From positions 109,678,001 to 109,742,000 of the forward strand of contig CM069133.1 of the NCBI GenBank assembly GCA_035221665.1: a stretch of DNA of 64,000 nucleotides. Reading direction: 5' to 3'. Positions within the stretch are counted from its first letter, which is position 1, and each line of letters starts with the position of its first letter. The notes under the pieces were generated by a model, which was given only the letters and a program-made list of their open reading frames with translations, was not told the origin of the DNA and ran no database searches. The position numbers were made by a program, and so were the translations under genes. Source of the DNA: Okamejei kenojei (lineage: Eukaryota). This document shows positions 1-60,906 of this stretch, in pieces.

Positions 1-250
1 TGCAAGGACAGGAAACTCCGGCAAACCATCTTTCAAGAAGGAACAGCAACCTTCAAAGCCAACAGATGCGCAGAATTAGAAGAAAACATAAAGAGAGGCA
101 GCAACAGCCAAAGCCCGATCTGCAATCTGGAATTAGCTGTCCTGAATGCCGAAGAACTTTCAAAGCCAGGATTGGACTCGTAAGCCACCTGAGCGTCCAT
201 AAAAACAACGGAATGTAGATCATCATCCTTGACCTTGAGGGATAGCCTCG
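1..250 (+). mobile_element. RTE-clade (BovB-like) LINE 3' end relic
   Basis: 138-218 translates to CPECRRTFKARIGLVSHLSVHKNNGM*, the C-terminal CxxC...HxxxH of RTE ORFs. Confidence 0.7.
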
Positions 251-577
251 GCGAGGTGAGATTGGGCACTCATTCAATTTATTTAAGAAAAGTTATTTTT
301 ATGCCTGTGAGTGGCAGCAATCTTGATCTAGTGTTGTTGAAATTGTCCAAGTAAAATTTGCCACAATTGGATGCCAGGTAGATTAGGGTAGCATTTTATT
401 GGGGGGGGGGGGGGGGGAACAATCTTTAGCCTTAATTCACAAGTATAAAAGAGGTTTGTTTTTACAGAAGTTTTTGTTTAAAACAGCTCCATCATGTTCT
501 ACAACAAACATGGAACCATACAGGTTGTATACATTAGGAAATGTTGATTCCACTAGATCAGGATGGGCAAGGAGTAA

Positions 578-878
578 TGGCCCTGTCCCACGGTACGAGT
601 TCATTCCAAGAGCCCTCCTGAGTTTAAAAAAAAAATCAAACTCGTGGTAAGCACGGAGAATGAACGTAGCGGGTACGTCGGAGCTCGGACGTCTCTTAGT
701 GGCTCGTAACGCTACCGGCAGGTACACGGGAAGACTCATGAAGATTTTTCAACATGTTGTTAAATGTCCACGAGAGCCCCGAGTACCGACGAGTGGCCAT
801 TACCGTAAATCTCCGAGTTCGAATCAGGGCAAACGCGGGAGAGCTCTTGGAATGAACTTGTACCGTGGTTTAGGGCAA
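578..878. mobile_element. PIF/Harbinger-type MITE (~300 bp)
   Basis: ~45-bp imperfect TIRs starting TGGCCCTGTCCCACGGTACGAGTTCATTCCAAGAG; flanked by TAA and TTA. Confidence 0.75.
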
Positions 879-2771
879 TTACTACAAAAATAGGTTTTGA
901 AGTTTTGTGTCCATGCAAAACAATTTTTTGAGTAAGACTTCACAGCAACAGATGGTATTAAATTGTTTCATTGAGCCATAGTATTTCCAGTAGGGCTTTG
1001 ATTCTGTCAATAAGTAAAATAGCAAGGGCCATGTTGCCGTTTAAAATAGAACGCAGTGTTTGTGATTCAAGATCCAATCCCTTCATTACAATTTATTGGA
1101 AACAAAAATATTACTCTGCTTACCAAGAAGTTTCTTGAACACATTAATCCATGTTATGAAACGAATGGCTGCTATTGAAGCAGTACCTTGAAGTAATTTG
1201 CTGACATTGCTGTTTGTGAAATGACAGATTATAACAGTGCATTAAAATACCTCTTTGTAATGAAGTGCTGATTGATATGAAAATAATTCAGTCCCTCCTT
1301 GCCTTTGCTTTTGGGTGTGTACCGCAGACATTTGATCAATATTATGATCATTATGTTATTTTACCTGAATATATGCTAATGGCGTACAGGTGGAAGTTGC
1401 CTCTATTTTCATGGTTTGTATGAGGAAGGAATCTAGTTTGGGTCCAAGACGGAACTCCAAAATTGCATGTCATGGGTGTTGGAAGGAAAACAATTGATGA
1501 AAGATATTCTGGTTGCAAATGGATGGATGTGACTGAAACCAAGTAGCACAACAATTCTACAGGGCTTGGGTCTTTGTAGCTCATTGATCTCAAGAGGTCA
1601 CAAAATAAGGGAATTGTGGTTTTATTCACTGGTGTAAAAATTGTAATCTAGGGATTCAAACAGGTTTGTGGGAGAAGGGGGATTGCAGCTGCTGATGGGA
1701 AATGGGTTAAGAGTGTAATTTTTGAGGAAGGATTGATTTTCAAGTGGAGAACCGTGCCCATGAACAGTATTGACTAGGCTGGAGCACGCCTGGGAAGTTG
1801 TATGTCATCGTTACATCAGAAGAAAGATGAGCTTGAATGTTAAAGATTTTGTGTTCATGGATAGAAATGTGATTTATCAAAAACAACACGGAGCTGAAAC
1901 CTATGGAAATAATCAGGAAAGGTAGGTTCATCCTATGCTAATTAATAATGTAAGGAGATGTGAAGATTATGAAAGCATGAGAGAAAGGAGAGCATTTTAT
2001 TTAACTGAAGGGGGTGTTAATCTTCAATCTCGCTTGTTTTAAAAACTGGAAGATGATAAGCCATCCACCATGAAGCCTCAGGATCTTGCGGCTAAATTAA
2101 GTTGATTAGTTAGTTGGATATTGTAAGTTACCCCAGGTATAGGTGGATGAGAGGCAAAGTCAAGCCATGAAAGAAAGCGTAGATGGAATGACTAAAAATG
2201 GGATTATTGAATTGATGGATTTACTGAGCTGAATTACCTCCTGTGTGGTTATGAAATAATCTGGGTTGTCCCATTCTAGGAGTTGACAAACTATTACCTT
2301 TCTAAAAGTACTATCAGTGGTTTTTTTAAATTGATTAGTATCTATAAACTGGTTTGAGTAAGCATGAATACAATTTCACCCCCAGCCTTTGTTATTCACT
2401 CCACCCACATCCCAATCACCACCCCAACCCCACCTCTTTTCCAACATTCTTCCTCCTCCTCCATCAGCCCTGAAGAAAAGTCCTGATCCAAAACGTAGTC
2501 TGTCTGTCCATTCCCTCCACAGATACTGCCTGACCTGCTGAGTTTTTAAGGCATTTTCTGATTACTGGCTGTATCTGGGTAGTTAATGGCCATGTCATTG
2601 CAGTCCCTTTGTGGGAAAATACACACATCACTCACAGTGGTGATCATTGGTAATGAATGGTTTCAAAAGCACACAAGACTGATAAGAAAGCATAATTACT
2701 AATGGTTGGGAGGACAGAGAAGAAGGAAGAGAAGAAACTAGTCTGCCATTCATAGGGATGCACATATGTAT

Positions 2772-3050
2772 GAGTCCCACTGCAAATTGGAGGAGCAACA
2801 CCTCATATTTTGCTTGGGTAGTTTACACCCCAGCGGTATGAACATTGACATTTTCAATTTCAGGTAGTCCTTGCTTTCTCCCTCCCTCCCCTTCCCAGCT
2901 CTCCTACAGCCCACTGTCTCCGCCCCCACCCTGCTTCTTCCCACCCCCACATCAGTCTGAAGAAGGGTCTCGACCCGAAATGTCACTTATTCCTTCGCTC
3001 CATAGATGCTGCCTCACCCACTGAGTTTATCCAGCATTTTTGTCTACTTT
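2772..3050 (+). mobile_element. Penelope-like element 3' fragment (GIY-YIG C-terminus, 3' UTR, hammerhead motif)
   Basis: 2772-2867 reads ESHCKLEEQHLIFCLGSLHPSGMNIDIFNFR*, typical of PLE endonuclease ends. Followed by a C-rich tract and the hammerhead core at 2957-2984. Confidence 0.75.
2954..2987 (+). ncRNA. minimal type I hammerhead ribozyme motif (PLE-associated)
   Basis: AGT-CTGAAGA-A-GGGT(CTCG)ACCC-GAAA-TGTC-ACT; helix I AGT/ACT. Confidence 0.65.
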
Positions 3051-3369
3051 CAATAGCTTCTCTTTATTCACCATCGCAAATTCCAGGTCTGTCAACTGCA
3101 TCTGTAAATGGGAAATGTAGAGCATTCTCATTTCTGGTTTGGGTTGAGTTCAAGGAGCATCATAAACATGACAGACCATTGATGCTGTATTTCAACCCTA
3201 TAACACCACAATCTGCCCACTATTGCCACATATTTTAACAATTTGCTACCATCCTTTTATTGTTTTAGTCAATGTAAAATGTGATGTCATATGATAAGAG
3301 AATCCAGATTAAAACATCTAAAATTTATGAATTTAACACTCTTGATGGATTTAAAATTACTTTTACTTA

Positions 3370-3465
3370 AGTCTGAAGAAGGGTCTCGACCCGAAATGTC
3401 ACCTATTCCTTTTCTCTAGAGATGCTGTTTGACCTGCTGAGTTAGTAGGTTCTTTTTTTGTGTCT
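3370..3465 (+). mobile_element. Penelope-like terminal fragment with intact hammerhead core (3373-3400)
   Basis: gtCTGAAGAAGGGTCTCGACCCGAAATGTCacc...gatgctgtttgacctgctgagtt. Confidence 0.65.
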
Positions 3466-5364
3466 AAGGATATCTATTAATGTTTCGTACTCGGAAAATA
3501 TACCTCTGTACATTTTGTAGATAGTTACAGCAAAACATTTGCATGGTGCAATCAGAGGGGCCAGACATTGGAGATAATTGCATGATTTTTATAGCATATT
3601 CAAATGGTGAGATTCAGAATTTTCTTGTTCTTAGTGTGGGGGCAATGTCACATAACATTGGTCCACAATCCAATCTCTGCAGATCTCTAATGGAATTTGA
3701 CAGGAGCTTGTTTGTGAAATAATAACTACTGTTGATAGTAAACAGTTAGTCATTTTGAGAAAAGATGAAGAATGACTTGCTTGTCCCAGTCAGGATTTGT
3801 CTTTGATGCAAATTAGTGTTAAATTCCATTGATCCCAAAAGGAAATATCATCTCGAGCAAGAATTTGTAATAGAGTACCTTTGGTATTGAATGAAAGGCT
3901 GGCTTCTGCAGTTGAAGTTTTTTTTTGTCGTGACCCTGCTGGGGATTTAACATATCTTATTAGGCAATACTTTATCCGTATGGATGTCAGGCCCTCTACT
4001 GTTTCAGCTTTAAAAAATCTTTGATTAGGCTGATGGTGGTGCTGGAAAATATTATAGCAGTACTGATCCTTAGGATTGGTGCAGAGTGTCTTGTTGCTGG
4101 ATTAATGGAAGCTCTGAGTGATTGTTAATGAATTGTGTAAGTTAATCACTTTGGACTCCCTTTGCAAGATGCTGATTACTATGGCAAAACCCAACTCTTT
4201 ACAAAAATGGAAAATTAAGGCTGAGAGTAGTAAGAAAACATGCAGTTCAAGTTTCATAATATAGTGATTAATGAGAATCAGGAAGTAATTGTCGTGATGG
4301 GAAATAATAGCATGTGGTGCACAAAATTACTTTCCAGGTCCCTACAGTAATTTAGATTTGAAGTAAGGAAAATAATTTATTATAGTCTATGCTGCATATC
4401 TCTTGTCACTTTGTTTATGTTAGCTATTTTAGTATGATGATAACTTGCAGCATTTCCTATAGTAGTTTGTCGTGGGCTATTAGTAAAAATTGTCTTTGGT
4501 GTAGATTTTTCAAAGAAATTTGTGATCCAAGTAGTAAACAGCAAATGTGCTATGGGTTTGCAGTTTTATTGACTCATTTAAAACAACATTGCACACATTC
4601 TATTTTATTGGTGTGTGTGCAAACTCAATTTTGTTGCAGGTTTGAGCAAGTGCCATAGAAGAAATCTAAAATAATTATCAATGCACATTGCGTAACTAGT
4701 CCATTTATTTTTTTGAAGATTGGAGAATTTGTTTTGCATCAAAATTGTGCTGCTTTAGCATTGGATGACATGTCCATTGTACAGAAAAAAACATTTTGCA
4801 TGATTAACTTAAATTTCTTGACCATTGCATACTTCCACTGCATTTTCAGGTCACTGTTGGGAGATGTGACTCACCAGTCATGAGAATTATGTCATTATTT
4901 CATTTGCAACTAAAACTCGCATAAATGATCAGGTAGATGCAGTAATTATTATTTTTCATAACATTTATACATTACCATGTATTATCTGGGCATTCAAAAT
5001 ATTCACTTCTACATAAATTACCCATTGTAATATGGCTTGATTTAATGTTGATTATCCTTCCAGTATTCTGTGAACCTTAACTAACCTGAATTTTAAATAA
5101 AAAATAAAATGTAGATCTTTTCATACCTGGTCTTGGTGTGAATTACCCTGTCATTAACACAATGAATAAATTATTTGTCCCTACAGAGTTAATCCTATAA
5201 TTGTTTCACACCTGTTTTACGGAGTACAAAAAATTGGTATTGTCATTTCTCAGTTTTTCTAACCTTTCTATGGATTCTTAATCATTTTTGAGTATGTACT
5301 GATTTCAAAGATCTTTCATACCAAGTACCAACATGGGTGAAAATATTCATCTTAATATGAGTAA

Positions 5365-6110
5365 AAGAAAACTGCTGGGGGAACTTTGCTAATCAGGCAG
5401 CATCTGTGGAGGGAAATGGTTGGAAAATGTTTCGGTTGGAACTATTCTTCAGATTGATGGAGCAGAAAGATTGATGGAGAAGATAGCTGGAAATGGGAGG
5501 TTGGGCTGGGGACAAGTCTGGCGAGTGATGGGTGGATAAAGGTGAAAGAAGGGAGTGGTGATTGTCCCGTGGGTGGAGTAAGTGACAAAGGCTAAATATG
5601 AAAAGGAGACAAAGGGGTGTCAGATGAGAAGTGAAGTGTAAAGCTGGAGAGAAGGATATGGGTGGAAAGGGTGACAGGAGGGGAAAGCGAGGGATAAAAA
5701 AAGGATGGGAGATGACAGTATGGAAGTAAGGAAAGGAGCAGGGTGACTAGGGTGTGGGAGAATTGTGTGTCTACTAGTTAGGTTGGAGGCAGAGAAATGT
5801 GGGAGGTGGGTGCTTTGCATGAAATTGGAGAATTCAATATTCATACTGTTGAGTTATAAGCTACCCATCTGCCAATCAGCCCCCCCCCCCCCCCCCCTTG
5901 CCACCGATCGCATTCCATGATTTGCCCCACCTCGCCCCTCGTTTCCATCTACCCCCTCAACTCCATCAGACTGAAGAAGGGTTCCAGCCCAATACACCAT
6001 CTGTCCGTTCCATCCGCAGATGCTGCCTGATCCACTGAGTTCCTCCAGCTGAAGTTGAGGATGTCAGACATTAGCATCAAAAGCAAAAGATGTCGACATC
6101 TGTAGTTTTG
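5365..6110. mobile_element. Penelope-like relic in inverted arrangement (minus copy ~5365-5866, plus copy ~5900-6110)
   Basis: Reverse complement of the GIY-YIG tail at 5821-5866; degenerate hammerhead-derived cores at ~5428-5452 (-) and 5971 (+). Confidence 0.6.
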
Positions 6111-6619
6111 TGTGTTTAAGTTGTAATACGAGAATTGATTTTGTTGTGCTCTAAATTGTTGATTCCGATCTACAGAATGCATGTTGTACATGCCCCTGGT
6201 TGTGATAATATTGTCACGTAGAAGACTTATGAATTAATTACCAAGTTTGCCATGTGCCATTTACAAAGTATTTTATAAATATTAGACTCCAAATGAATAA
6301 CTACAGTAAAATTGGTTAGAATCCACCCAATGAGGCTGTTATGGTTGTAATGTTGGAAATGCAGCAGTCTGTTTTCAAGTAGTGAGTGCCCATAAATAGC
6401 AATGGGATATTCAGATAATCCATTTTAGTGATGATGATTGAATAGTCAATACAAGCAAAGACACAATACATGTTCTATGGGAATGGTGGCATGGGATATT
6501 TTATCTTTTTTTTTGTTTTTGTCCACCTGAGTGGGCAGCTCAAATGCTGCATGATTGTTCAACCCTTTTCTGAATCTATCTGACCACATAGTTGCACCTC
6601 ACCTCTAAATCAATTTTCC

Positions 6620-7780
6620 TTGGGAGTGTTGCTATCCTTCAGGACTAAAGAGAAGCTATTCAGCCTTCAGCAACTATACTTCAAGACCAAGGTTATCCTG
6701 TGCATGCATTTGCACATTTTTGGAAGCTAAGCTAGCCATTGCTGACTCATTCAGTGAAGTATACGAGAAAATAGACCTTTATATTCAACATCCACAAGAC
6801 AACAATCCCCTATTTACTTATCTTTGCTCTCCAATGATGTTTCACGTTGAGACCCTGGAAAACGGGGACAAATTCCCATATCTCAGAAGCTACCTTTCAT
6901 AGAAGACAATGAGATTTACTATTGCCTTCGATACATCAGCAGAGTCTTTCATTGGGGAAAAAAGGGTATCTGCAGATCAAGACCTCAGCCCTGGCATCAA
7001 AATCATAGAATACAGGACTGCAGTGATCCCTGCCTTCCATGCTCTACTGAGGCCTGGATTATTTACAATATACATCCACTGATTTTGGATGATCAGCCAT
7101 GATCATATTAAATGGCGATGCTGGCTCAACGGGCAGAATGGCCTCCTCCTGCACCTATTTTCTGTGTTTCTAAGACATTTGAAAAATAACACCAAAACCG
7201 CCGCTCCAAATTCAATGGAATTGTCAAATGAATCAATGTCATTGTCTACTTTTAGGCCAATATTCTCTTTATTGAGACACCAGTTATACTCAATTGGATA
7301 TATTCAGCAGAGCATGTTATTCACATGCTTGGTACCAGGCTCCCAAATCATACTGGAAACGAACATAAGATCACCATCACAAACAACCAGTGTCACTTCA
7401 GCAAGGAAGATGTTGAACGCATGGTTCAGGAAGCTGAGAAGTTAGTTTCAGGCAGACAACGGGAAATGTTCAAGCATGTGCTCAAAGACGCCTTGAAGGA
7501 AGGCAACACCTCCACCAGCTCCTGGGAATCTCTGCACTGCGACCAGTCAAAGCAGAGGAACATTTGGAATGGTTTTAAGAAAGAGTTCCAAGTTTATCTG
7601 AGGTTAAAGAGGCCCTGCATACAGATATCCTTATCTCAAACTACCCATCCATCAGCCCTGTAAGCCCCATATGTAGAACAGTCATCCATTCCCACATTGG
7701 CCTCATTAGGCAGCCCATAACCCAGAAAAAAGCTGGAACAGTTTATCCTGAATCTTGAAGGATAACCTCAGAAGAAGAAG
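6620..7780 (+). mobile_element. degenerate RTE (BovB-like) LINE with nested CR1 3' UTR fragment (~7087-7172) and HSP70 fragment
   Basis: LENGDKFPYLRSYLS and TRLP...GRQREMFKHVLKDALK RTE-like motifs; (GAA)n tail at 7771-7780. Confidence 0.65.
7352..7441 (+). pseudogene. 90-bp HSP70/HSC70 coding fragment
   Basis: [30 protein letters not shown] versus HSC70 [30 protein letters not shown] (22/30 identical, reference from memory). Confidence 0.8.
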
Positions 7781-9087
7781 CTGCCAAATAATAAAAACCT
7801 GAGTTTACCATGCACGTAATAACCATATTAAACTGAAGGAAGAGAATACTAAAACATCCAACAACACACAGGAGCATCATGGTGGTGCTGTTCACAGTCT
7901 GTCATATTTCATAAGGAAAGGTGTGTTCTTTTGTTGGTATTATCAGGAATACTGATTAAAATTGGATTAGTAGCAGACTGAAACTCTGACATTGTGTTGG
8001 GATTCCAGAATTTGGGATTGCTTCAGCATGGTTTAGAAGTCTGTACCAGCTAATCAGATTGTGTGGTTTCAGTAGGATTCCAACAGGTGTTTGGATCTAG
8101 GTGGAGAATTGAGCACGAACAACGTTTTGGAAAGAAAATAAATCCATTCCCACAAACAAACTCCCATGTTAAGAACGTGTAATAGCAAAGTTCTTGAGTG
8201 CAATTTGACCCAAAATAAATCTTTAGGGCTTAATTCTCTATTTAGTTAAAATTTGTTTGAAGCTCCCAAGTATTAACAGGGTGACCGCATTTTTATAATT
8301 TTCCCTTAATAAATGCTGACAATTTGTAAAATATGTAGATGCATTCGACAGCTCTTCTGGAGGGACGGGAGATATAAAGTTTAAAAGAAATTGAATAACG
8401 AAGTTAATCTTCTGTAAAATGTAATTGAAAATTTTGTTTTGAACTTTGTGAACATTATAACTTTGTTACTAAGAAAAATATTTTAATATTTTGGATAATT
8501 ATAATACATCAACAAACTGACAGGCAAATATTTAAATTGGAAATGATAGTTAATCAATATTTGGAAAAGTTTTTTTTTAATGTGCAAACTTAGCATTGTG
8601 AAACATGAAATGTATCTTTGGTCACTGTGTACACAATTTTTTCTTAAATGGAAAAGGAAAATGTAAAACGTAGGAATTTCTTCTTGCAATTTACATAACA
8701 TGTTATTAGTATCTAAACTGCAAATTAGTTAAATAAATTGAGGATATTTGGATTTTCTTTCGCTGGTACCAAATCGCCAAACTGCATCTTTAAGTACAAT
8801 TGAGTATGTTAGTGCTAAAGTGCATTACTTCATTTTATGATTTATCAAGAGACATTGGAGTAAACCTTTGTGTATACCATCTGTCTGGATATAAAGGCAT
8901 TGGTGAATTGCTTATCAATTAGCGAACCTGTCCAGTTTGCTTTGCATTAATCAAAGAGAAGGCTCTGCTGATGGCATGCAACCTCATCCAAGGTTAATCT
9001 CTCCCATTCTCTCAAGCAATACTTAATGCCCAAGCAATAAAGATGGTAATAGATTGAAGCACTTTTTGTACAACATTTTAGAAAGAA

Positions 9088-10160
9088 CGAGACCAGGTGC
9101 AGACCCTTTGGGGCCCGTTCCCCAAGGCAATATTCCACCACTGACCCATAGCCCCCAACTGCACTGGCACGGCTGAGGGGTTCCCGTTGTGGCTCCAGAG
9201 ATCCCCGTTGTGACACGAGTCATGGCAACCCTCCATCAACTGCGTCTCACCATCCCTCTTCCTACCCCTATCCTCCTCCATTCCCCCTCACCCCCAGCAC
9301 TCCCTCCCCCTCTTCACCCTCCCTCTTCTTTCCCCTCTCCTCCCCACTCCCTCTCTCTCCCTCCCTCTCCTTTCCCCTACCCTCAGTCACTCCCACCCTC
9401 CATAACCCCTCTCCCCTCCCTACCCCCCTACTCTCCCTCTATGTGCCTACTCCCCACTCCTCACCTCCCCTATCCCATTCTCTCCTCGCCTGGCCCAATG
9501 CCTCCTCCCTTTCTATCCCCCCCACACCCTCTCTATCCCAACTCTCTACCTCCCCCACTCCCCCCTCCTCTCCCTCTATCTCCCCCACTCCCTCCTAACC
9601 CCATCCTCTCCTATCCCCCACTCCTCCCTTCCCCCATCCCACCCCCCACAATTAAAAATAACGATGTGTTTTTTTTTAATGAAATCCCCCCCCCCCCCCC
9701 CTTATCCCACCTCCCCCATGAAAATCGCGATGTTTAACAAAAATTTAAAATCTCAATGAAAATCGCGTTTTTTATTTCAAATAACCTAAACACAATTTTA
9801 CCTGTCAATGTAAATGGAAGAATTTGATTGAAACTGAGGGGTTTTGTTAAATCGCGATTTAAAAAAAATGTAAATGATATTCGGGATCCCATTGTGACGT
9901 CATTGTAACGCGGCTGACGGGCAGGGCAAGTGGAAAAGTGGTTGGAAAACTGATTTATGTAAAGTCTAAAATGTCAATAACGTAAAATATACCATCAATC
10001 CGAACGAAACTTGTTTCATTTACATCACAGGACAATGGTGAGTAAGGGAGGCTAAAAATTGTAACGCTATTGTGTACCGTTTTGACGGGGTTTTGAGATA
10101 TCATGCACACACATGCACAAATACAAACAAACAAGATGAGAGTTTTAGTAATATAATAGA
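9088..10160 (-). mobile_element. non-autonomous Helitron
   Basis: Minus-strand 5' end TCTATTATATTACTAAAACTCTCATCTTG; degenerate 3' hairpin and CTAG-like end; internal CT-rich tract; blocks shared with the copies at 13388, 39149 and 47540. Confidence 0.7.
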
Positions 10161-10705
10161 CCAAATGGGACCCGATTGTGATGGGTTGACGCGCAGCACA
10201 GGATGATCATCTAATCATTGAATTTAGTTACATGTGTAAATTAAGATCTGAGAAGTTGACTACTTTCTCCTCGACTATTTTCAATGTGATTGATGCCCCC
10301 TGATCTTTAAGCATGCATCTTTCCGGAACAATAATGGAAATGGCTGTATGGATATCGGTGTTGTTTTAAATGTGAAATTACCAGTTGTTGTGATTATTAT
10401 GTTGCAATATGTACATAGATATCGGTGTGCCAGTCTGAATCTAATATCAGTAAGCTCAAAAGTGTTGTAAATTGCATCCAGACTACTTTTGTTTTTGTTT
10501 TTTATTGATTTTTAAAATTTGAGCAATTTTACTACTTAATCATTTTCTTCATACATTGCATCAGGAATGCAGCAATGTCATTTTAAAGTATAAATGTTGA
10601 AGTTATATGTAATTATTTATTGGTAATCATTAATTATGAAATTGCATGCAATTTGTATGACAACATTGTCATAATTATTAAAAAAAAAATCATTTTTTCC
10701 ATTAG

Positions 10706-60642
<49,937 letters not shown>

Positions 60643-60906
60643 GTAAATTTCCGAGGGGCATTCTGTGAAAGATGCCATGATGTTTAAAACATTTTTTTTA
60701 ACTGTTCCTCTGCCATCTGATTAGATTAAATGGAAGCAAAACCATTCCTGATTTGTTCTAAGAAGTGGAAAATTATTTAATCAAATACCACTCAAGTTAA
60801 ATTTGTATTAGCAAGTAAATTTTTCTTGAGTGTGAAAAACATATATATTTTATGTCAAGTAAAATGCTGTGATCAACTAATAGCTTTTTTCTTTTACTTT
60901 ATCCAG

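Noticed and set aside
9189-9737. 182-aa proline-rich ORF
   Set aside because: Translation of the CT-rich interior of a Helitron; no splice or homology support.
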